Shown here: positions 48,063 to 56,618 of the stretch, one piece after another | How the letters are laid out: every line of letters starts with the position of its first letter | Position numbering within the stretch: the stretch's first letter is position 1 | From: PVC group bacterium | Lineage (GTDB): Bacteria > Omnitrophota > Gorgyraeia > B26-G9 | Reading direction: 5' to 3' | Assembly (NCBI GenBank): GCA_024231215.1 | Contig: JAAEQR010000072.1 | Location: 129,210-193,209, forward strand | DNA: 64,000 nucleotides | Translations under genes and position numbers: made by a program | Notes under the pieces: generated by a model | What the model was told of the DNA's origin: nothing | The model's input: the letters and a program-made list of their open reading frames with translations, nothing else | The model's database searches: none

Positions 48063-48301
48063 AAAATTACATGTGATGCTTTTAAGTTTCATCTTAACCA
48101 TTGACTTTTACGACGACTAATCATAAAATAAACTTAAATTATGTTAAACCCGAACTATGCATTAGGCTGCGGCGAATAGCATTAATCTTTGCCATACCAC
48201 AGAGGGGATGCCTGTATTTTTTGTAAGTATTTTATCTCAAAAATCTTAGCACTCTTCATCCGCCTTCTAATACATAATCCGGGTTAATAAAGAGGTAAGT
48301 T

Positions 48302-49258
48302 ATGGGTATTATGGACGAAAGTTATATAATGGATCAAATCCCCGTAAATATTACGCTTGCTTTAGGCGGGGGTGGTGTTCGCGGTCTTGCTCATATCGGA
48401 GTAATTAGAGCATTAGAAAAGATTACTCCAATTAATATGATTTCCGGGACAAGTATGGGCGCAATTGTTGGAGCGATGTATGCACTTAATCCGGACATTG
48501 AGAGGGTCGAAGAATTATTGATGACGCTTCTTGATAAAAAAGAGGTTAAGGAGATTGAACGATTGATTAGCGGGCATACTCCGGTAGAAGAGAAAAAACT
48601 AATTGTCCAGGGACTGCTTACCTTTGTAAAAAAGATGTATTTACTTAATTTGCGGGCGATAAAGAGATGGGTATTTAGTGGTAAAGAAATAACATCAATG
48701 TTTGGAGACCTGGGGCTGGATACTGATTTTAAACATGCTAAGATACCGATTTCCTGTGTAAGTGTGGATTTGCGTACCGGAGATGAAATAGTATTGAGTA
48801 AGGGGGCGATTATGGAGGCAGTACTAGCCTCGGTATCTTTACCCGGAGTTTTTCCTCCGGTGAAAAAAGGAAAACGTCTTTTAGTTGATGGTGGAATAAT
48901 CAGCAGTGTACCGGTAGATGCAGCAAGGAAGTTGGGAGGAGATATAGTTATTGCCATTGGGGTGGAAGCACAGGTTGATTATAATAAGAAGCTGGGGAAT
49001 GGATTTGATATAATGTTTCAGGCAGATGCGATAAGAGCTCGCAAATTAGCTGAAATAAAATTAGCTCAAGCGGATCTCGCTATCTGTCCCAAGGTGGGGG
49101 CGATTGGCTGGGCTAGTTTTTCGCGGGCAACTGAATGTATCGAGGCTGGGGAAAAAGCAGTTGAAAAAGCAAAGCCGAAAATCCTAGAGTTAATTAAGAA
49201 AAAGAGACGGGAAAAGTTTTGGAAAGGATTTTTCTCTTTTCCTAATTATAAAGAGTAG
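48302..49258 (+). CDS. patatin-like phospholipase
   Basis: LALGGGGVRGLAHIGV (Gly-rich oxyanion loop), GTSMGA (GxSxG serine) and DGG (catalytic Asp). Confidence 0.75.
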   Translation: MGIMDESYIMDQIPVNITLALGGGGVRGLAHIGVIRALEKITPINMISGTSMGAIVGAMYALNPDIERVEELLMTLLDKKEVKEIERLISGHTPVEEKKLIVQGLLTFVKKMYLLNLRAIKRWVFSGKEITSMFGDLGLDTDFKHAKIPISCVSVDLRTGDEIVLSKGAIMEAVLASVSLPGVFPPVKKGKRLLVDGGIISSVPVDAARKLGGDIVIAIGVEAQVDYNKKLGNGFDIMFQADAIRARKLAEIKLAQADLAICPKVGAIGWASFSRATECIEAGEKAVEKAKPKILELIKKKRREKFWKGFFSFPNYKE

Positions 49259-49264
49259 TTTTGA

Positions 49265-50953
49265 TTGCTGAGGGAGGAAATAATGATTAAAAAAATATTA
49301 CTAAGTATTTTAATACTGTGGATTATAGTTATTATTAGCGGATTTATCTATTTAAATAAAGTGTACATTCCTCAAAAACTTAAACCTCTTGTAATCGAAA
49401 ATGTGGAAAAAGCTTTAGATAAAAAGATGACGATTGACCATGCCCAGTATTATCCGATGAAAGGTGTTTCTTTTTCGGGAATTAATATAGTTAATCAGGA
49501 TGATTCCCAGTTTATAGCTGTTAAATCAGCTTCACTTAAACTTAGATCATTTCCGAAAATCAGTAAAGATAAAGTGGTTGTAAATGCAAAACTTATTGTT
49601 GATCAGGCCTATGTGCAGCAAGATCAGATTTTAGTTGAAGTTGAAGGGATGGCACTGGATATTAATGCTAATGTAAAGGGTAAAGAGGATGTTAGTTTAA
49701 AAGGAAATCTATCTTTAAAGGGCATTAATTTAAAAGGCCTGCCGGCAATTCAAGATATAATGACTTTAAAAGGAACTATAGATTTTACGCAAGATTCATT
49801 TAACTCTAATGACTTATCATTACAGATAAACAAGGAACCAATGACACTTGCTGTTAATGGTACTTTTAGTCCGGAAGATTTAAATATAGCAAAATTTTCA
49901 GCTGTTTACGGAAAGACAAATTTAGATTGTTCGGCTAAAGTTTTTGAGTTAAAAAATCCGCAGCTTGATGCGACAATATCCGGAGCGATTGATTTAGAAA
50001 GCATAGGTAAAATATTAAAAGATATAACTTTGCCGATAATGTCTGGAGTATGTAACTTTACGTTTAAAGCAGATGGAAGTGCGGGGGATTTAAGTGCCTT
50101 AAAGGCAAAAGGAAATATTAATTTTCCACAGGGTGAGATAGAGAAAATAAAGTTCTCCCAGCTTACGGCTGATATATTGCTGGAAAAAGGAATAGTTTAC
50201 TGTAATCCATTTAAATGTGTTTTTTATGAAGGCAGGATTGATGGTAATGCTGAGGCCGGGATTATTGATGTTCTTTTGCCGATAAAATGTGCAATAGATA
50301 TAGATGGAATTAATATCGAACCATTGATTACAGATGTAGCTGGTTACGATGTAGGTGGAGGAAAGCTTGCTGCGCATGCAGCTATATCTGGAAGTGCAAC
50401 AGATTTAAATTCTTTAGATGGCACCGGGTGGTTTAAACTTACTGAGGCAAAAGTGCAAATACCCTCAAAATTTGAGAAGCTAGCAACGATGTTTCAATTA
50501 AATCAACTCTCAAGTATGTTGATCAATGAAGCTTCGGCCAGTTTTACTATTGCAGAAGGAAAAATTGATACCCAGGATTTACAGATCCTGGCTGATTTAG
50601 CAACATTTACAGCCAAAGGATATGCCACATTTACACAGTATATAGATTTTATCATTGAAATAAGTGTTGCAGAAAGTTTTAAAGATAGTTTTGCTGGAAA
50701 TATAACTTCATTCATTCGTAAAGTTCAAGTTCATGGACAGGGGCCGAACGGTATAAAATATAAACCGCTGATTGAAGAATCTGTTAAAGCAGCAGTTGTC
50801 GAGCAGGTAAAGGAAAAAGGGCTAGATGCTTTAAAAGGTCTGTTGGGCGGCGGAGACAATAGCGGTGGGGCAGAAGGATCCGAACAGCCACAGGGTGATG
50901 GAGATATTAAGGATCAAATAAAAAAAGGTTTAGAAGGTTTGTTTGGTAGGTAG
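49265..50953 (+). CDS. AsmA-like/DUF-type envelope biogenesis protein (putative)
   Basis: N-terminal TM anchor, then a long beta-rich periplasmic-type region. Architecture resembles the AsmA family. Weak call. Confidence 0.3.
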   Translation: MLREEIMIKKILLSILILWIIVIISGFIYLNKVYIPQKLKPLVIENVEKALDKKMTIDHAQYYPMKGVSFSGINIVNQDDSQFIAVKSASLKLRSFPKISKDKVVVNAKLIVDQAYVQQDQILVEVEGMALDINANVKGKEDVSLKGNLSLKGINLKGLPAIQDIMTLKGTIDFTQDSFNSNDLSLQINKEPMTLAVNGTFSPEDLNIAKFSAVYGKTNLDCSAKVFELKNPQLDATISGAIDLESIGKILKDITLPIMSGVCNFTFKADGSAGDLSALKAKGNINFPQGEIEKIKFSQLTADILLEKGIVYCNPFKCVFYEGRIDGNAEAGIIDVLLPIKCAIDIDGINIEPLITDVAGYDVGGGKLAAHAAISGSATDLNSLDGTGWFKLTEAKVQIPSKFEKLATMFQLNQLSSMLINEASASFTIAEGKIDTQDLQILADLATFTAKGYATFTQYIDFIIEISVAESFKDSFAGNITSFIRKVQVHGQGPNGIKYKPLIEESVKAAVVEQVKEKGLDALKGLLGGGDNSGGAEGSEQPQGDGDIKDQIKKGLEGLFGR

Positions 50954-50956
50954 AGA

Positions 50957-52060
50957 ATGATTGCTAAAGATGAAAGAAGCCTTTTAATTTATAATACGCG
51001 CTTAATTGAGGGCGACAGGATTAAAAAAAAATCCTGGATTTTATTAAAAAACGGTAAAATAAAACAATACGGCGACGGGAAGAAGAAAGCACCTAAAGCC
51101 GTAAAATCTATAAATGCCCGCAATTGTTATCTTGCTCCCGGTTTTATTGATTTGCATATTCACGGAGAAATAGATACGATTTCCCGAAATCAGATTAAAT
51201 ATGGAACCACCGCATTTTTACATGCCTTGTATGCAAATAGACCTGCTAAGCTTTGCGAATTAATTAAGTTAAACAAACAAATAAAATTATCGGGTGCAAA
51301 ATGTTTAGGTTTTAATATCGAAGGGCCTTTTTTAAACCGACAGATGGCTGGAGCACAACCCAAAGCTGGGATTATTAAGCCGGATATTAGACAGTTAAGT
51401 AAGTTATTAAAATATGCAGGTAAAAATATAAAAATAATGACACTTGCCTGCGAATTAAACGGTAGTGATAAAGTTATAGGAATATTGAAAAAAAACAGGG
51501 TTATTCCGGCTTTAGGACATACGAAGGCTGATTTCGAACAGGCAATTGAGGCGATGAATGCTGGAGCAAATTACGGAACCCATGTGTTTAATCGCATGGG
51601 TGATTTATCGTCGAAGGATCCGGACATAATAACGGCAATGCTCATAAATGATTTAGTAACAATCGAAGTGATTGCTGACGGTAAACATGTACACCCCATG
51701 CTATTAAAGCTTTTAGTTAACAATAAACCGCAGGAACGTATTGTACTAGTAACAGATTCTGTGGCAGGGATGAAGACAATCAAAATGAAGAAAGAGGGAG
51801 GCGTATATACCCTGCTAGACGGTACAATTGCCGGAAGCAATCTTAATATGGCACAAGCAGTTAGAAATATGGTAAAATATTGCAATGTCAGTATCCCTGT
51901 GGCAGTAGGCATGGCTAGTACTAATCCAGCCAAGGTTTTAGGGATATGTAACCGTAAAGGTACTATAGCGGTAGGCAAGGATGCTGACTTAGTTATTTTT
52001 GATAATAAATTTAAGATAAAGTTTACGTTAATAAGCGGAAAAATCAAGTATAAGAATTAA
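50957..52060 (+). CDS. nagA: N-acetylglucosamine-6-phosphate deacetylase
   Basis: APGFIDLHIHG, NIEGPFLN, ALGHTKA and THVFNRM correspond to NagA metal/active-site motifs. Confidence 0.8.
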   Translation: MIAKDERSLLIYNTRLIEGDRIKKKSWILLKNGKIKQYGDGKKKAPKAVKSINARNCYLAPGFIDLHIHGEIDTISRNQIKYGTTAFLHALYANRPAKLCELIKLNKQIKLSGAKCLGFNIEGPFLNRQMAGAQPKAGIIKPDIRQLSKLLKYAGKNIKIMTLACELNGSDKVIGILKKNRVIPALGHTKADFEQAIEAMNAGANYGTHVFNRMGDLSSKDPDIITAMLINDLVTIEVIADGKHVHPMLLKLLVNNKPQERIVLVTDSVAGMKTIKMKKEGGVYTLLDGTIAGSNLNMAQAVRNMVKYCNVSIPVAVGMASTNPAKVLGICNRKGTIAVGKDADLVIFDNKFKIKFTLISGKIKYKN

Positions 52061-52077
52061 ACAATAGAGGTGAGAGT

Positions 52078-54048
52078 ATGTGTGGAATAGTTGGATATAT
52101 TGGAAAAAAGAATGCAGTGCCGATTTTAATGGATGGTTTAAGCAGCCTTGAATATCGAGGATATGATTCAGCTGGCATAGCTGCAATGGATAAAGGCCAG
52201 CTTTGCATGTCAAAACGAGCAGGTAAGTTAAAGATTTTAGCCGAATGCCTTAAGAAAAATCCGGTAAAAGGAGCGATTGGGATAGGTCATACGCGCTGGG
52301 CTACGCATGGTGAGCCCAACGAAATAAATTCACATCCCCACTATAGCTGTAAGAGTGATTTTGTAATCGTGCACAACGGGATTATTGAAAACCATCATGA
52401 ACTAAGAGAAAAGCTAAAAAAAGAAGGGCATAAATTTCGTTCTCAAACAGATACTGAAGTTGTTGTCCATTTGATTGAAAAGCTTTATAAAGGTAATTTG
52501 CTCAAAGCAGTTTGTGCGGCAATTCGGCAGCTGCACGGTAGCTTTGCTTTGGGAGTAATCAGTACGCATCACCCGGATATGCTGGTTGCTGCACGTAAAG
52601 ATAGTCCGCTTATTGTGGGCGTAGGTAAAGGAGAGAATTATATAGCTTCTGATGTGCCGGCAATATTGAAATATACAAGAGAAGTTATTTATCTTGATAA
52701 TAACGAAGTTGCGGTTTTAACACGTGACAAGGTTGCTTTATATAACACTAAAGAAGCGCCGATAAAGAAAAAAACGGCAAAGATTAAATGGGATTCAGCT
52801 AGTGCTGAAAAAGCCGGATATCCTCATTTCATGATCAAGGAAATCAACGAACAGCCGCAAGTATTAAAAACCATCTTAAATCACAGGATAAAAGGTAATC
52901 GTGTAGTTTTCGAGAAATTCAATATCTCAGAAGCAAAATTAAAAAAAATTAATAATATTCAGATTGTTGCTTGTGGCACAGCTTATCACGCGGGCTTATG
53001 CGGTAAATATATTTTAGAAAAATTGCTTAGGTTACCTATTAATGTGGATACATCAAGTGAATTTCGTTATCGTGATCAGATTATCACAAAAGGCAGGACA
53101 TTGATTATTGTGGTAAGCCAGTCAGGAGAAACAGCAGATACCTTAGCTAGTTTAAGAGAAGCGAAGAAAAAAGGCGCAGTAGTTGCTTCTATTTGCAATG
53201 TTGTAGGTAGTTCTATTGCTCGGGAATCAGATGGAGTGATTTATACCTTAGCTGGTCCGGAGATCGCCGTGGCGTCGACTAAAGCCTATACAGCTCAGTT
53301 AACTACATTTTATCTTCTAGGTATTTATCTAGGGCGTATTTATGGTACAGTTAGTGATAAAGCAACAAAGAAATTGTTGGGGGAACTGGCCAAAGTTCCT
53401 GGACTGATGACCCAGAGTCTTAAAGAACATAAAAAAGTCAAAAAAGTTGCTGATCAGTATATTAGAAGGTATGACTATAGATTAGCTGAGCAGTTAATGT
53501 TTTTAGGGGATGAAATTTGGCGGTTTAAAGATCCTAAAAAAGCGCTTGCATTTGCTCAACAATGTGCTAAAAAATCACATTCTGCTTATGGTAAGCGGTT
53601 CGGAGATTTTCCTTTCTTGTACCTTGGACGGAACGTTAACTATCCTAGTGCCTTAGAAGGAGCCTTAAAACTTAAAGAAATAACCTATATTAGTGCAGAA
53701 GGCTATGCTGCCGGAGAGATGAAGCATGGACCGATTGCACTTATCGACGAATTTCCACTGGTTGTATGTATTACTCCTCAGTCTGCAGTTTATGAAAAGA
53801 TGCTTTCGAACATTAAAGAGATTCGGGCGAGAAAAGGTGTAGTTTTATCTGTAGCCACAGAAGGGGATAAGGAAATCAGGAAAAAAGAATACTCTGATTA
53901 TGTTATAGAGATTCCAAAAATTGATGAATTCTTCTCCCCGTTGCTAGTAGCATTACCGTTACAGTTATTGTCCTATTATATTGCGGTGGGTTTAAAATGT
54001 GACGTAGACCAGCCGCGAAATCTAGCTAAGAGCGTTACTGTAGAATAG
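52078..54048 (+). CDS. glmS: glutamine--fructose-6-phosphate aminotransferase
   Basis: MCGIVGYIG Ntn-amidotransferase start, two SIS domains, and a C-terminal ...KSVTVE. Confidence 0.9.
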   Translation: MCGIVGYIGKKNAVPILMDGLSSLEYRGYDSAGIAAMDKGQLCMSKRAGKLKILAECLKKNPVKGAIGIGHTRWATHGEPNEINSHPHYSCKSDFVIVHNGIIENHHELREKLKKEGHKFRSQTDTEVVVHLIEKLYKGNLLKAVCAAIRQLHGSFALGVISTHHPDMLVAARKDSPLIVGVGKGENYIASDVPAILKYTREVIYLDNNEVAVLTRDKVALYNTKEAPIKKKTAKIKWDSASAEKAGYPHFMIKEINEQPQVLKTILNHRIKGNRVVFEKFNISEAKLKKINNIQIVACGTAYHAGLCGKYILEKLLRLPINVDTSSEFRYRDQIITKGRTLIIVVSQSGETADTLASLREAKKKGAVVASICNVVGSSIARESDGVIYTLAGPEIAVASTKAYTAQLTTFYLLGIYLGRIYGTVSDKATKKLLGELAKVPGLMTQSLKEHKKVKKVADQYIRRYDYRLAEQLMFLGDEIWRFKDPKKALAFAQQCAKKSHSAYGKRFGDFPFLYLGRNVNYPSALEGALKLKEITYISAEGYAAGEMKHGPIALIDEFPLVVCITPQSAVYEKMLSNIKEIRARKGVVLSVATEGDKEIRKKEYSDYVIEIPKIDEFFSPLLVALPLQLLSYYIAVGLKCDVDQPRNLAKSVTVE

Positions 54049-54097
54049 GGGTTGACAAACAAAAAGAAATATTGTAAACTTTAAACTCTAACTACAA

Positions 54098-54174
54098 GGG
54101 CGCGTGGCACAGTTGGTTAGAGCACCTCCCTTACAAGGAGGGGGTCGTAGGTTCGAGTCCTACCGCGCCCACCA
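54098..54174 (+). tRNA. tRNA-Val (anticodon TAC)
   Basis: Acceptor GGGCGCG/CGCGCCC. Anticodon stem CCTCC/GGAGG with loop CTTACAA. T-loop TTCGAGT. Encoded CCA. Confidence 0.8.
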
Positions 54175-54326
54175 TGAGTTTACCTGACGGACTCGAATCG
54201 AGTTGAGCGCCGAGCAGGTGCGAGGAAAAGCGAGCAGGACTGTGAGCGAAAGCGAAACGAGGCGGGCCTGCGCAGCGAACAACAGGAAGTTGTGAGTGTA
54301 GTAGGCGAGTCCTACCGCGCCCACCA
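54175..54326 (+). repeat. tRNA-associated GC-rich element X (copy 2) plus 21-nt duplicate of the tRNA-Val 3' end (positions 56-76)
   Basis: CGAGTCCTACCGCGCCCACCA(T) occurs at the end of tRNA-Val and again at 54306-54326. The core ...TCGAATCGAGTTGAGCGCCGAGCAGGTGCGAGGAAAAGCGAGCAGGACTGTGAGCG... is shared with copy 1. Confidence 0.8.
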
Positions 54327-54376
54327 TTTTCCCAGTAAGGGGAAATAGTTCGATACAAATATAAGACTAAATTTTT

Positions 54377-54454
54377 GGAGCCGTAGTTCAGCTGGTTTAG
54401 AACGTCGGACTGTCGATCCGAAGGTCGCGGGTTCGAACCCCGTCGGCTCCGCCA
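54377..54454 (+). tRNA. tRNA-Asp (anticodon GTC)
   Basis: Acceptor GGAGCCG/CGGCTCC. Anticodon stem TCGGA/TCCGA with loop CTGTCGA. T-loop TTCGAAC. Encoded CCA. Confidence 0.8.
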
Positions 54455-54462
54455 TAAATATA

Positions 54463-54491
54463 CCTTCATCCGAAAGGATGAGGGTTTTTTC
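54463..54491 (+). terminator. rho-independent terminator after tRNA-Asp
   Basis: CCTTCATCC-gaaa-GGATGAGGG followed by TTTTTT. Confidence 0.65.
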
Positions 54492-54497
54492 TTATTA

Positions 54498-54526
54498 TTG
54501 ACAGTAGCTATTGTCCATAGTATTAT
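54498..54526 (+). promoter_or_regulatory. candidate promoter of the aldolase gene (with ~140-nt leader)
   Basis: TTGACA, 17-nt spacer, TATTAT. Confidence 0.5.
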
Positions 54527-54669
54527 CTATAGTATCTTATTTAAAAGGAAGTTCGGGCACAAAAAGAGTAAGGGGGTACCCTACAGTGCTACGGACATAA
54601 TTCGCAGACGGTCTAATGGCCTATAATTTACGTAACCGTAAATTATCTGCTTATTGAAGGAGAATTATT

Positions 54670-55464
54670 ATGGACTGGGGAATGAAAAACCGCTTAAGCC
54701 AGCTTTTCAAAAAAGACGGACATTGTTTTTTCTTACCGATTGATCACGGATATTTTCAGGGTCCGACTCGCTGTTTAGAAAAACCAGCAGAAACAATTAA
54801 GCCTTTATTACCTTATTGTGATGCATTGTTTGTTACCAGGGGTGTTTTGCGTGCATGTGTAAAGCCGATCGGTAGTAAGCCAATTATCCTGAGAGTTTCA
54901 GGCGGCACGAGCATGGTGGGCAATGACTTGGCGAATGAGGTTCTTACTACAGCTATCGAAGATATCATCAGGCTTAATGCTTCGGCAGTCGGGGTGTCTG
55001 TTTTTATCGGTAGTGATTATGAAAAGCAAACTTTATCTAATCTAGCTGATTTAGTTAATGAATGTGAAGATTACGGGATTCCGGTGATGGCAGTTACTGC
55101 GGTAGGTAAGGAAATAGAGAAAAGAGAGGCACGTTATTTAGGTTTGTGCTGTCGTATCGCAGCTGAATTAGGTGCTAAAGTAGTAAAGACATACTGGTGT
55201 GATAAAGATTTCGATAAGGTAGTCAAAGGATGCCCTGTGCCGGTAGTTATGGCTGGTGGTCCTAAATGTAAAACAGAGAAGGAAGTATTTGAGTTTGTTT
55301 ATTCTGGTATGCAGGATGGAGCTGTAGGTATAAATTTAGGCAGGAATGTATGGCAGAGTCCTTATCCGGTGGCTGTAGCGGCCGCATTACAGGCGATCAT
55401 CCATAAGAAAGCGAATGTAAAAGATGCTTGTAAAATATTTGATGAAATGAAAAAAAAGATTTAA
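54670..55464 (+). CDS. class I aldolase of the DhnA/FbaB (DeoC/LacD-superfamily) type
   Basis: FFLPIDHG ... AVGVSVFIGS ... KVVKTYW (Schiff-base Lys region), collinear with archaeal-type class I FBP aldolase / ADH synthase. Confidence 0.55.
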   Translation: MDWGMKNRLSQLFKKDGHCFFLPIDHGYFQGPTRCLEKPAETIKPLLPYCDALFVTRGVLRACVKPIGSKPIILRVSGGTSMVGNDLANEVLTTAIEDIIRLNASAVGVSVFIGSDYEKQTLSNLADLVNECEDYGIPVMAVTAVGKEIEKREARYLGLCCRIAAELGAKVVKTYWCDKDFDKVVKGCPVPVVMAGGPKCKTEKEVFEFVYSGMQDGAVGINLGRNVWQSPYPVAVAAALQAIIHKKANVKDACKIFDEMKKKI

Positions 55465-55533
55465 GATTAACACAAAAGAGAATTTTTGTGAGCTATACAA
55501 AGAACAGTATATTAAAGGGATGGTTTTATTAAC

Positions 55534-56511
55534 ATGCAAGTAGCAGTTTATTATAGTAATGATGATATTCGCTTGGAAGAGCGACCGGTTCCTGAGATAG
55601 AAGAGGGAGAGATATTGATTAAGGTACTGGCTAGTGGTATTTGCGGTACAGATGTTATGGAATGGTACCGGATAAAAAAAGCACCGCGTATATTAGGACA
55701 TGAGATTACAGGTGAGATTGTCGAGTCTAAATCTGATAAATATAAAGTTGGGCAAAGAGTTTTTGTAAGTCATCACGTACCTTGTAATAAATGCAAATAT
55801 TGTTTAGCTGATAATCATACTGCCTGTGAAACTTTGCATAAAGGTAATTATGATCCGGGTGGATATAGTGAATTTATCCGTGTGCCTAAAATAAATGTAG
55901 ATATTGGTACATACATATTGCCGGCTAATGTTTCTTTGGAAGAGGGGACTATGATCGAGCCCTTAGCTTGTGTTGTAAGAGGGCAGAGGCTTATTAACCT
56001 AAAAGAAGGCCAGACAGTTTTAATTTTAGGTAGTGGGGTTTCCGGATTATTGAATATTAAGATGGCAAAATTGCATGGAGCAAAAGTTATTGCTACAGAT
56101 GTTAACGAATACAGATTGAACAAAGCCAAAGAATACGGAGCAGACCAGGTAATAAACGCAAAAGAAGGTGTTTATTTAACGGCAGATAAAGTAATTGTTT
56201 GTACCGGAGCAATGTCTGCTATAGAGCAAGCATTTGAATGTGTAGACAGAAAAGGCATCATTTTATTTTTTGCTATTCCCCATAGAGATATCCCTGTGCC
56301 TACAGTTGATTTCTGGCGTAATGAGATTACAATGATCTCTTCTTACGGAGCTGCGCCAGCTGATCTGGTTGAGGCTCTGGATATTATAACCCGCAAACAA
56401 GTCGATATAAAATCACTTATAACTCATACCCTTCCTTTAACGGACATTCAAAAAGGATTCAAGCTGGTTGCTGAAGCTAGAGAATCTTTAAAAGTTGTTC
56501 TAACCGCCTGA
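55534..56511 (+). CDS. zinc-dependent alcohol dehydrogenase, MDR family (threonine/sorbitol dehydrogenase-like)
   Basis: GICGTDV catalytic zinc motif, structural zinc Cys cluster CNKCKYCLADNHTAC, and GSGVSGL NAD-binding motif. Confidence 0.75.
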   Translation: MQVAVYYSNDDIRLEERPVPEIEEGEILIKVLASGICGTDVMEWYRIKKAPRILGHEITGEIVESKSDKYKVGQRVFVSHHVPCNKCKYCLADNHTACETLHKGNYDPGGYSEFIRVPKINVDIGTYILPANVSLEEGTMIEPLACVVRGQRLINLKEGQTVLILGSGVSGLLNIKMAKLHGAKVIATDVNEYRLNKAKEYGADQVINAKEGVYLTADKVIVCTGAMSAIEQAFECVDRKGIILFFAIPHRDIPVPTVDFWRNEITMISSYGAAPADLVEALDIITRKQVDIKSLITHTLPLTDIQKGFKLVAEARESLKVVLTA

Positions 56512-56618
56512 TATCAAATAAGATATATTCCGCATCCAGACTTGCATTATCTTATCGATCATGGTATACTTAATTACCTTTTTTAACCATAACACTTTCA
56601 AAGTAAAAGAGATCGAAG

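Noticed and set aside
50957-54048. glmS ribozyme or riboswitch upstream of glmS
   Set aside because: Only 17 nt separate nagA and glmS, which leaves no room for a structured leader.
54131-54469. 112-aa minus-strand ORF
   Set aside because: It overlaps tRNA-Val, element X copy 2 and tRNA-Asp. Same artefact as above.
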